Part shown: positions 15,001 to 47,620 of the stretch, one piece after another | Position numbering within the stretch: position 1 is the first letter of the stretch | How the letters are laid out: every line of letters starts with the position of its first letter | The notes under the pieces: model-generated | The model's input: only the letters and a program-made list of their open reading frames with translations | What the model was told of the DNA's origin: nothing | The model's database searches: none | Made by a program: the position numbers and the translations under genes | Assembly: GCA_964035545.1 (NCBI GenBank) | Contig: OZ037771.1 | Span: forward strand, 10,606,480-10,670,479 | Source of the DNA: Bugula neritina | Taxonomy: Eukaryota > Animalia > Bryozoa | Length of the DNA: 64,000 nt | Reading direction: 5' to 3'

Positions 15001-16806
15001 AAATCCGATTAGCTTTGTATTGATACAGTGAAAAAGAAGACAAATTCACAGTATGATCTAAATGTAGGTTGGAGACTGTGGACCTAAAAGATATGACTCA
15101 CATGCTAGAATCGAGGCTAGCAAATGTCTCTAAGGCTGTGGAGTTGTCCCTCAATAACTCTAACCTAATTGTCACAGAACAGAGAGTAAGAATTAAACTT
15201 ATTTACAAAAAAATTTTCTACAAGTATATTCATTCATAATGGTATTTGTTACTATAAATAATTTTACCAGATTTACGATTGTGCTCACTAATTCTGCATA
15301 GGTTAACCCATGTTTAGGAATCATAAATCATTTACTTTGAAGAATTATAATACAATAACTATTCTATCAATAACATTCATAGGTTGTTAAGACTCTCCCA
15401 AAGTATGATTCCAAGTTCAAACCAAGAGGTAAGTGTTTTTAATATCTGTTGACACTTGAAAGTTTAGGAAATAACATTATAGCAGTTGACACAACTTTTT
15501 AACCTTCCTTTGACTTTTCAGCCTGTTACAAACTTCAATGTCCTTATTGAGATTGAAGAAAGTGTCTCTGCTTCTCTTGTCTCACCTTTTGACTATCTGT
15601 TGACTCATCTGTTGACTATCTCTCAAGTCACCTGTTGACTATCTGTTGAATCACCTGTTGACTATCTCCAGCCTTACCTGTTGACTATCTCCTATCTCAC
15701 CTGTTGACTATCTGTTGACTCACCTGTTGACTATCTCTCAAGTCACCTGTTGACTATCTGTTGAATCACTTGTTGACTATCTCCAGTCTTACCTGTTGAC
15801 TATCTGTTGACTCACCTGTTGACTATCTCTCAAGTCACCTGTTGACTATCTGTTGGATCACCTGTTGACTATCTCCTGATTCAACTATGAATATCTCTTA
15901 TCTGACCTGTTGACTATCACTCAACTTACCTATTGACTGTTGAATCACCTGTTGACTATCTCTTGACTCAGCTGTTGAATATCTCCTGTCTTACCTGTTG
16001 AGTATCTCTCGACTTATCTGTTGATTCACCTGTTGACTCACCTGTTGAAAATTTCCTGACTCATCTGACAAACTCAAGCTTCTCTCTAAGCTGCCACTAC
16101 TGTTTGATGCAATTGGTAATATCTTTTTATTAGTTTAATCTAGTGGAGTTTAAAGGCTCACTGGCTGAAGGTACTGATCTAGCATAGCAATACTGTTATG
16201 TTGGGAGACCAGCTAACAGCTAGGCCGTACCCCCTATTCACACTTACCGTATTGTACGCCGTAGCAATACGGTAAGCTATTTTTACAAATATCTGAGCTT
16301 CCTGTACGGCGTTGCGGTACGGTAAGATCAAACACTGCTTGATTCAAATAAGTTGCGGCGGACTCCTATTAAACAGGAAACTTTTGCGTTAACTCATTGG
16401 ATATAATTATCCAATGAAGTGTCATAGATCGTACCTAATAGCGGACTTTGAAAACTTTAGCCTGGACACATTAAAAATGGCTAATATTTTACGTTACAAC
16501 GTACGTTACCGTAAGTGTGAATGAGGGGTTACAGTGTGATGTCATGCTATAAAACATTTACACCATAATCTATATCGATTAGGAGTAACAGTTGTATCCA
16601 AGTGATGGTATTTTAGACTGTGATGACCTTGCGTTGAAAGGTCACACGATGAGTGGCGTGTATGAAGTGTGGCCAGTAAAGACTACATCAGCTGGTATTC
16701 AGGTCTATTGTCGCATGAGTCAAGGTCGTGGCTGGCTGGTTCTTCAGAACAGAAGGGATGGCCTCACCAGCTTCTCCAGATCCTTTGTTGACTATGAGTT
16801 TGGGTA

Positions 16807-16860
<54 letters not shown>

Positions 16861-19800
16861 TATATATCTCAATCTGTGTACAGCAGCTGTTTCGGGATTT
16901 GTCCCCTCATCAGCACAGAACAGAGTACCATGGCCCACACCTTCGCAATAGTAGAAACTTATATTTTTAATAAGGCATATTTAAAAAGTGTGTAAAACCA
17001 AGCCAGAGAGCTCAGTGACTCTAGGGGTCACCTAGGAGTCACGAGCCTTGCAAAATGCTATGCAGCATGAGTTTGTGCTCAATCACTTTATGTCATGTGA
17101 CCAGGGATGTAGTGGCAAAAATATTCTAGGCCATACTCTCAGGCCGGGGGTCCAGGGGGCCGCCCAGGCCCCGGTGAGGTCCGGGGCAGCGCCCCGGCCG
17201 CCGAAGCCTTCAGAGCTCTTCTAATGCAAATTTATGCAATTTAAAGCCATTGTGAATTTTAATTCTTCTGAAAAAATCTGTGTCGAAATGTACACCTCGC
17301 TATTATTTTCATACCAGCTACATGACGACTGGGCATTGCTGCAAACTATATAAATATTCAGTATTGTTCCATACTTGTTGACTGTAATTTTAAATGTAGT
17401 CTTACTCAACTGTAGTTAGGTTTGTTCTGATATGCACCAAGTCCAAACTGTACAGAAGAATTGCTGAAGATCTCAAAAAGATGGAAGGATAGAGGCAGAT
17501 AACAAGTGCTCTCCAAATGCAACCTGATTATTTTATTAATAACTATAATAGACTGACATTCCCAGAAAAAGAATAATAAATCAAAAGAGAGGCAGATTGC
17601 AAATCAGAAAATTTGTGTTAGTTTTTTATAAAGAGCAATTTGAATTGATAACTTATTGGCAAGCAGAAATTGGTTAAAAACCTATTTGGAGTTTATTAGA
17701 GTATTAGTCTAAACCATAAGGAGATACCATCACACCTTCTAACACACAATAAAGCACACCCAAGAAAAGTATGGTAACTTGGTTATAAAATAAAACCACT
17801 GAACTTTCACTAGACACATCAAGGAAACATACCCCAAATGAAAAAATTTAGGTTTAATATGTGTTAATTTAGAAGATGATTAAATATAAAGCCAGATGTT
17901 AGTTAGTACAATCAAACATAAACGGTTACTTATGGTGGTGTACAGTTTGCAAAACCTCATTGCATTGATAATTAACATGCAATAACGCTAGGTTTTTGAG
18001 CAAAATGTGGACATAGTACCTGTAGACCTCAGTGATAAATTTTCGTTAACCTCTCCTACACAACTGGTACTGTTTCTTGAAGACATTTTGATTTTATTTT
18101 TGGATTTCATGTTGCATGGTTTTTTTTAAAATTCCATTGCTTATTGACAAAATACAAGTCCACACAAGATAGATAAGGGCAACCTTCTAGCTGTCACTGC
18201 CTTGCTGTGCTAGAACAAAAAATTAAAAACCATGTTTTAGATCTTTCTGTTCCCCAGAGCACCTGCTTTTTCGAGTTTTCAATACTTTTTTTGCAAAGTT
18301 ATAGACAAAAAACTACCCATTTTGGCCAATTTTATCTGAAAAGTTTATTTTTCAAAATCTGTCAAATATCTCAGCAGGAAAGTATGGTATTCAAATAGAG
18401 CAAACACTGTCGGAAACCTGAGAAGTTTATGCATGGCATATTTTTTGATCTTTTCAATAGTCTTCATATATTTTCTACAAATTAGTGATTTACACACTGA
18501 AATGAAATATTTTTTCCTTAGCAATCACCAATGCACAGCACTTCGCGCTTCAGTGAACACGTAAAGATGAGAAGACGGAATGTTGATAGCTCTTATTATT
18601 CATAGTGTAATCTCAGGCTAAACAATCGAAAGTAGGCAACACGCATGCCACCCACATAGCATCAACATAACAAGAACTTAAACTAGATTGTGAGCGAAAT
18701 TTATGACATTCTCAGTGAGGATGCCCAAACTATCCTGTGCACTAATCATCTTTCAAAAATATTATGCCCATTCGGGCGTATGGCCTAGAACAGTCTATTT
18801 TCTTCTAGGCCATACGGCGTATGGGACCGTATGGGTACCACTACATCCCTGCATGTGACCATTAATATATATTACAGATTTGGCAGCTTGTACGGAGACT
18901 TCTGGTTGGGTAATCACTACATCAGTCTGCTGACTCTACGAGGGAACTACCAGCTGAAGGTGGAGCTGGTTGACTGGCAGAACAATGTTCAGACGTTGAT
19001 ATATCGCAAGTTTCACGTAGAAGGAGCTCAATCACAGTACAAACTGACTGTTGAATAGTATGAATGTTTAATTATATAATAAAAAGTTTAAAATATGCCA
19101 GCATTGCAAGCTCAATAATTCTGTAATTTATTATATTTATTGTAATGTTGGGGGTTTAAGGCATGTTAAAAATCCTTACATTCACTGAAATACAAAAAGT
19201 AGCTAAACACACATGCATACTATCTAACTAGCATTTTATATAAAAATTAATCATTATATAATGTAATCTGGCATTCCTTGCCCTAACACATCACAGGTTG
19301 AATTTATGAGTTGCATACCAAATTATAACATACTTTCTACAGCGTATAATATATGCTATATAAGCATATTGTATACTAAGGTAACGTGTGAGCTTTCTTT
19401 TCTAACTGCAGCCCATTAAAGGGGAGTGAGTGGAGTGACCCGATGCTTTTCCACAATGGAAACAAATTCACAGCTCCCAATTCACAAGGTGGTTGTGCCG
19501 ACATTTACAGCTCAGGTGAGTGTATGACAGTGCTGGCAGGTGAGTGTATGACAGTGCTGGCAAGTGAGTATATGACAGAGCTGGCAGGTGAGTGTATGAC
19601 AGTGCTGGCAGGTAGCTTATATGACAGTGCTAGCAGGTAGTTTATATGACAGTGCTAGCAAGTGGTATATTTTTTATTTGTCATCAATATCTACTCCTGA
19701 GAAGCAACTGATTGCATACTTACACAGCGCATTATAGTAGTGTAAAGACTAGTCTCAACTGCCCTCCAATCATGGCACAGCATGTTTGAACTATTCTACA

Positions 19801-20165
19801 TGTATCTGCTTTAGTCATTCATTACGTGTTGTTTATAGTTCTTGAGTACCTGGACACATGGTGTCTTTGAAGGCTCTTTAAAGTACTGAGTTTGTATTTT
19901 GTTTTGTATTTATCACATGGAAGCATATTTATGCACTATTCTAACATAATTCATGTAAATTATACTCTACATTGATTTATATACTCGTCCACTAACTTTT
20001 ACAGGCTGGTGGTTTACCAGTTCCGGACACTGCTTCCGTGCCAACCTGAATGGTAACTACAGTTCCATCATCAATAAGTATGGAATTATTTGGAAAGGCA
20101 ACTCCTTGTCCTACCCAATTAAATACACTTCCATGGAAATATCTAGAAAGTATTTGCGGGCTTGA
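12040..20165 (+). CDS. Secreted fibrinogen-related protein (signal peptide, Thr/Ser-rich segment, coiled coil, FReD; angiopoietin-like layout), ~565 aa
   Basis: Phase-consistent GT-AG model: 12040-12187, 13142-13611, 14194-14310, 14474-14640, 15068-15185, 15383-15428, 16617-16803, 18878-19057, 19412-19515, 20005-20165 (1698 nt). FReD motifs: PRDC..L...SGVY, VYC.M....GWLVLQNR.DG..SF.R....Y..GFG...GDFWLGN, HNG.KFT, GWWF....C..ANLNG.Y, GIIW. Confidence 0.9.
13825..14037. repeat. (CTACC)n pentanucleotide repeat, FReD intron 2
   Basis: Visible tandem array. Confidence 0.95.
14361..14473 (+). repeat. 45-bp tandem repeat (2.5 copies) ending at the FReD exon-4 acceptor
   Basis: aacatgctgattgctctacacatcactagc... 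twice, then aacatgctgattgctctgcacAG. Confidence 0.85.
15585..16070. repeat. Minisatellite built on cacctgttgactatct units, FReD intron 6
   Basis: More than 20 degenerate copies of ctgttgact. Confidence 0.9.
16229..16529. mobile_element. MITE (PIF/Harbinger-like), family shared with 42577-42775 and 50194-50496
   Basis: TIRs ccctattcacacttac ... gtaagtgtgaatgaggg; interior (gagcttcctg..gatcaa.cactg.ttgattcaa..cattggatata..ccaatga) colinear with the 50.2-kb copy. Superfamily assignment is an inference. Confidence 0.75.
17102..18851. mobile_element. Non-autonomous hAT element (1.75 kb), FReD intron 7
   Basis: Perfect 14-bp TIRs cagggatgtagtgg/ccactacatccctg; perfect 8-bp TSD catgtgac (17094-17101, 18852-18859); repeated ttctaggccata subterminal motifs. 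Confidence 0.93.
19516..19662 (+). repeat. 24-bp tandem repeat that reiterates the FReD exon-9 splice donor
   Basis: Unit gtgagtgtatgacagtgctggcag, about 6 copies, starting exactly at the donor. Confidence 0.92.
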
Positions 20166-20845
20166 TTATTTAACTATATGAAAATGATGTTTGATACAGA
20201 AAAGCTAAATGTTACTTTTATCATATTTGTGTATACTAAAATGTTATATTAGGTATTTGCATATTTTTGATGTATGGATATACATATACTGTTTATTTCA
20301 AACTTATTTATAATTAAAGCATGGTTTGTAAACAATCAGCTGACCATAAAATGCTGAAAAGACTTTTCAAAACATTAGAAGCATGTTTAAATTTAATTTA
20401 CACTCTGGCAGCCAGTCATATTATCTTTTAGTTGTTTAGGGTTTGTTCTGCTACTGAAACTGTAAATCGATTAAATCAGTTTGACTTGGTTTGTTTTTTT
20501 ATTTAAATATTGTTTTGAAAAGTAAACATAATACTGTGTACCTTTTTAGTTAGCAGGGAACATACAGTAGTGTAAAAATGTTATTATTAAATTATATAAT
20601 AGAAACAGATCTGCGTACTGTATACGCTTGCTGAGTAGCTTTTATAGGCATAAAAAACTTTTTTGCATAAGACAAATAAAGTACCAATACACATGCAAAA
20701 TAAGAGATCAAAAGGAAGTTCTCACATTTAAAAGAATTGCTCAATTTAAATAATAAAACATGTAAATGACCACAGCTTTTATAAAAAGGGAATGTGCGTC
20801 ATCACTAAACGTGGCCCAAGTATGGTCTGGTTTAGGTTGAGTTGA

Positions 20846-33445
<12,600 letters not shown>

Positions 33446-33949
33446 TCTCCATTAAATAAAGAAATAAAATAAAGAAGGAAAGTGTTTTCAGCAACATGTT
33501 AAACAGGTAGTAGTTATTGGGCGGTTGACAACTATTAGATTAAATAAGAAATGTGAGTAATCATAGCCATAGTAATTGCTAGACTAGATCTACTCATATC
33601 TCACTTTAGAAATGGATCCGGAAGGTTTCATCACCTCATATTTGACAACTGGTATGATTGAAAAAAAGCAAAATAGTTAAAAAATAGTTCATTCTGGCTT
33701 CAAAAGTTAAATCAATTTTTACATAACAAAAATAGTGTCAGTTTATCTGTTAGTTGGCCACATGGTTTAAACTTATCTCAATATTCAGCTGATACATGGC
33801 TATATACTAAGACTATTACTTTAATTAAACATTATATAAACAATACACAGGTCTTTTTGTAAACTAGTTTATATTTATTTCAATTTTTACATTCTGAAAA
33901 TTAAAAGAAATTACAATTATAATTATATTTATAAATATTTCATTTATTA

Positions 33950-35645
33950 CACTACAAGCAGCTAAAATAATTCTAAGTGCATTATATGCAGAGTAGTGAA
34001 GAAGGAATTACATGAATAACAAGGAGTAACTACTTTCATATTAAAATAAACAAGCTATTAGAACATTAAGGTCAACTATATTCTATGTTCAAGCTGCTGC
34101 TATGACCTATTAAGCTGACAGACTCAATCTTACCTGTGCTAAGATGGTAAAGTGGTAACTTTGAAACAACTCTATAGATAAGACAGCAAGGAAGTTACTG
34201 CATCAACAGAGATGGTGGCTGATCAGTTTTATACTAATTCAGCAGCAAAGGAAGATTCAGTTCATTAACTGTTTAGCAGCTTGTATTGGGTGTAGCTGGA
34301 GGTTACAATGTTCTTATAGTTTAAGGTATATGATTGGTTGATGTTAGCAGATGACAAACTCCAATTAATGTCTGGTTGATTAATACAACACTTGCTTTAT
34401 AAATTCACACTTCATTTTATAAACTTTAGAAATGTATCACACAATAAAAACATGCAGATAACTAAGTGTGAAGCACAAAACTATAGTTGTCTGTCCTTTT
34501 CTTAGCATGAGAAGTTGTCTACCTAAGAAACAAAGCAATCAGATCTTGAAGCAAAACTTCAAACAAAAACATTGTAAACCCAAACTACTGTATTCAGAGT
34601 CTACATAAAATATACATACATTTATAAACCTTGTAAACAAAAAAATCAATTGGGAAAACTTTTGCAACAACTTTTTCAAGAATATTTAAAGAGTTTCATC
34701 TCAGATAGACGCTTCCCAAGTTAGAAGCTATTTTTTATTTTGTGAAAATATTTTCTGATATAACTTTCCTCTGCAAAGCAAATCACTAAAAAACTTGTCA
34801 CTTTGTCAAGTTTATCCGTAGTTTTATAGCATGTACTAAAGTTCTACAAAAGACAAACAAGAGCTTCACAAAAATGTCATCATAAAATAAAATAGCTTAT
34901 GATGTGGAAACTGTATTGCAAATCTAGAAAAGTGTCAAAATTGAAATATATAACGACAATGTAATATTTATGAATATCTCATTAACATCCCACAATGCTG
35001 TTCAGTGATTCAATCGTGAAGGTTTGATATGTTTAGCCCGTGTTCTCTGAATATTCTTTCAGCCTCATCAAACACTTCACCGTTCACAACTCCAGAGATG
35101 CAGTAGGCAGAGACCGTCTAGAATAGTATTTAATAATGGCAACCTACTAACAGCTAGAGCTGGCTATTCTTTTCTTAATGAGTTGATTTTAGTAGCAGAC
35201 AAATATATTGGAAATTTGATAAAAGTTTTTCTATATAGGTCACATGACCAAAGTATAATATATAGGTCAAGAGGTCACATGACTAAGCATATCAGATTTA
35301 GTATAGTAGATGAGGAATAACAGTTTTATGGATGTTTCCCAGTCAAGGAAGCATTAAAGCTGGTTTACTTCTTTGCTGATGAGTATTTCCAACAATAATT
35401 ATTATCTAGATAAAATATATGATTATATGTCTCATAACACAATTAGGTTGTTGAATATTAGCAGCGTGTGTATAATGTGTATCTCTGAATTATTTACTAT
35501 GCGCCATAATGAAGCATGTGCATGCTAACAAGCATAACATAGTACTGTATAAGCTGATTAAACAAAATAAATTAATGTATCAAAAGATAGAAACACAAAC
35601 ATGCTTGTAGAATTTTACCTAAGCAAAATATAGTTTGCAGCTGTT
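33950..35645. repeat. Segmental duplicate: direct copy at ~48795-51060 (with an insertion at ~49998-50715); inverted copy of the right part at ~45290-46560
   Basis: Long near-identical runs, e.g. taagctgacagactcaatcttacctgtgc..agatggtaaagtggtaactttgaaacaa at 34.1 kb and 48.9 kb. Confidence 0.92.
35010..35117 (-). pseudogene. SAMHD1: Orphan copy of the SAMHD1-like terminal exon (open frame, intact acceptor); no upstream exons nearby
   Basis: Encodes TVSAYCISGVVNGEVFDEAERIFREHGLNISNLHD*, the same 108 nt as 45820-45927 and 49849-49956. Intron homology ends at ~35645 with no exon-10 equivalent. Confidence 0.8.
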
Positions 35646-37539
35646 ATGTTATACATTATTCTTTGATAGCAAAAATACAAAAAACTGATACTTTTAAACA
35701 ACATTGGCATGTAAATGCTGAAGAAATTCATTATTTGACAAGTTTTCTGTAGGAAATGGCTGGTGTTGCTGTTTTTATGATGGGTATTTCATTATATAGT
35801 CTCTCTGCTTTTAAACATTGCACTGTTAAGTGACAGCATAACTCTTTGAGAACATAATAAACATTAGTAATTGTATTTTGTCTATCAAATCTATGAGTTC
35901 TTCAGAGTAAACTTGCTCTCCATATTATAAAAAAGTTGTTAACTTTATAGCTTTAGTAGCTTATAATCTTTGCTGGAATTTGACTTCAACAGCTTCAGGT
36001 AACATCTCCTTAAGTTTTCATTTAGAAATTTGGCAGTCAAAAAAGTTTCTTATTTGCATGAGGGGAAGTTTAGAGCAGCAGACAAGTAGAAAGGAACTAG
36101 TATTTTCTTTTAAAAAGTTTCATTGGTACAAACAGAACCTGCATGAATGTTGTGTACCTTATAGTAATGATGAACACGCAATCAATATTTTAACCTTGAA
36201 GTACCTTGGATTGGATGTAATTACAAACTACATATATACATCCTAGAATACTTTACAAATATAAGGGCAGCTGGCTATAGATTGTATAATCAATATTCTA
36301 ACTCCTACGTAATATAGTAAGCATGCTATTCAAAAATGTATGTTATCCCTGCAGTTATAATGGTATGTGTAGATTATATAGATGTGGTAATGAATGAGGA
36401 AATATATAATCAATAGAGAGCAACTGGGCTAGCTATAACAGTAGTATATTTACACTGCTTGTCTCTAATTACATTTATCTCTACTCGTACTTCAAACTGG
36501 AAAAGATTCTGAGGAGGTGGAGAAGATTCTGAGAAGGTTATAGGGCAATCTGACTGGCAAGTTCACTCACTGTTTAACTTTACAATTCATAAACAGACTC
36601 TGAAATGCAAACACTGGTTCATTAGTAAGCTTGGCAGCATTACCAGCTCAAATGTGAGTTTTTATATTTGAATGTTTTCACAAAACTGTCAATAAGTTAT
36701 CTCTTGTGAAGAGTGTGTAAAGCTTAGTTTACATTCTAGCTGTGTAATGATGTGTTACATTATCTAACACATACATTGCATACAATAACTGTATATCTGA
36801 TGTATGGGCTCAAGTAAAGGTCAACATGAAGCTACAGTTCAAGTCTGAGTAGCTGTTATTATTTTGCAGCCATATAAGTTTGTATAATAACTTTGAGACA
36901 GTATCTTATATTCTATTAAATGTCTAACAGTTCATTTATATTAGGTTGTTAAATAGAGCTGTGAAACTGATTGGCATAAATTTGTAGAATCAATACAAGC
37001 TTATATATGGAAACTGATAGGCATAAATTTGTAAAATTTTAAGCTATGTTTAACTTTTGTCAGTTGTCATGCTCTTTGGAAAAGATATTATCTACCTTTT
37101 GTTACAATATTTTAATTGTTTTATAAAAGCTACTCCTGCATTATTTTCACAGAAGTCATTAAATAAAATGAATTTAAACAAAAAATTCAATAATTTTATT
37201 CATGTTTTCTGTTAAGCAGTGCTTGTTTACTATATAACATACTGCAGCCTGATTTTTAAGGCTCAATAAACTTCTTTTGCAGCAAAAGCCATGTTTGGAC
37301 TTTCAAACTGATTTTTACCAAGTGCTTTATCATATTACACAATGTATTGTATGCTGAATGCAATGGTTGCGTTTGTAACTATAAATATGGTTAATTAAAC
37401 ATTACGTTACATCACAATAACAAAGATATTTCAAGCTTTTACAAAGTTCACAAAGATTGACTTTAGTCATAAATATGACACATTTCCCAGGATGCGGGAC
37501 TGTTTAGAGAAAACAGTGTTCTAAAAGACTGTCAGGAGA

Positions 37540-45927
<8,388 letters not shown>

Positions 45928-46669
45928 ACTAAAAAGTAGCACAGCCATTCTGCATAGATAAGCTTTTTACCAAGCACTATACATTTTATCTTTCGAATGT
46001 AATTTCTGATGCTTTTCTAAGTGTAGTAGCTTCTAAATTGGTTTATTTTATGATGTCATGCTTTATGAAACTGTTTGGAAAAATATTTTTATACTATATA
46101 AGTAGACTACGGGTAAATCTAAAGTAGCGTTTCATTACTTTAACTGATGACAGGTTTTGACAATTTGCTTTTGCAGTTAACAGTAGATTAAAGCGTACTT
46201 TAGCTTTTCTTTTTGTGAAAAAAATCTTTATAACTGTTACTCGTAAAATATTTGGTTTGAAGCATAATTTTACCTAAAACTATATACAGTGGAAAGTAAT
46301 TATACAACTATTTTTTATATTTGCAATCTCTTTTATGCTTTAAATATTTCTGTGAAAATAAAATAATTTGTTCTATGAAATTGGCATGCTTTTATAAATG
46401 TAGGCGTGTAGATTTCTGCTTGGCCTGGTTTTAAAATTGTTATTTTAGATGTTAGCTGTGAAAACTGATTGTTTTATTTCAATAGAACTAAGACTATTTA
46501 ACAATAAAACTACATTTCTTTAATTTACACTTGGTTTATTGTGTGATATAATTTTCCACAAGTTTTTATATACACACTTATGCATATGCACAAGCGCACA
46601 TGCAGAAAATACAAGTGTATCATAACATCAGTTGCTGTCAACCAACATCAGTGTTTATTGTGCGTCCGT

Positions 46670-46709
46670 GCGTGTGTTTGTGTGTGTGTGTGTGTTTGTG
46701 TATGTATAT

Positions 46710-46763
<54 letters not shown>

Positions 46764-46777
46764 TTGTGTATGTATAT

Positions 46778-46838
<61 letters not shown>

Positions 46839-46919
46839 TGTGTGGGTGTGTGTGTGCGCGCGTGTGTTTGTGTGTGTACATGTGTGCGCGTGCGTGTGTG
46901 TATGTGTATATGTGTATAT

Positions 46920-47008
<89 letters not shown>

Positions 47009-47059
47009 TGTGTGTGTGCACGTGCGTTTGTGTGTGTATGTGTATGTATATGTGTATAT

Positions 47060-47090
<31 letters not shown>

Positions 47091-47257
47091 GGTGTGTGTG
47101 TGCCCGTGTGTTTGTGTGTGTATGTATATGTGTATGTGTGTACGTGTGTGTGTGTGTGTGCGCGTGTGTTTGTGTGTGTGTGTCTGCGTGTGTTTGTGTG
47201 TGTGTGCGCATATGTGTATGTGTATGTATATGTGTATGTGTGCGCGCGTGTGTGTGT
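46670..47257. repeat. (GT)n-rich microsatellite
   Basis: Visible array; explains the CV/HT ORFs. Confidence 0.97.
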
Positions 47258-47379
47258 AAGAGTGTGTACGTATGTGCGAGAATAGATAAAATAAGGTGTG
47301 TAAAGTTATCACATAGCATAATTATTTCAAGTTGTAAAAGCAGCATAACGTAATGAATATCTAACAGTTTATCAAGCAT

Positions 47380-47620
47380 TCAACGTTGCGTTTAGCCAAC
47401 GTTCCACTCAAATAGATGATCACATCATGTGATTATCTCCTATATACGCAACGCAACGACTGCAATAGTTGTCGATTCATTAATTAGATAACAGCACGCC
47501 CTCGCCCATTGGCTGTGGCTTTACGTCTTGGCAGCCCGGATGTTTCAGTGCAGACGTTGAACCTACAGTTAGTAGAATAGTAGCGCGCTAGCAATGCAAG
47601 TTCCATCGCATAAATAACAA
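47380..47620 (+). promoter_or_regulatory. CpG-rich promoter-like patch
   Basis: CpG excess in a CpG-poor background; cgccc, attgg (reverse CCAAT) and ccggatgt (ETS-like) motifs; followed by well-formed + strand splice sites. Confidence 0.4.

Noticed and set aside
36960-37040. gaaactga direct repeat as an IRF/ISRE-like element upstream of SAMHD1-A
   Set aside because: Does not match the GAAANNGAAA tandem consensus; a short local duplication explains it.
46580-47379. ORFs over 200 aa rich in Cys-Val or His-Thr (similar cases at 3.4, 13.8, 26.1 and 32.8 kb)
   Set aside because: Microsatellite translations with no domain content.
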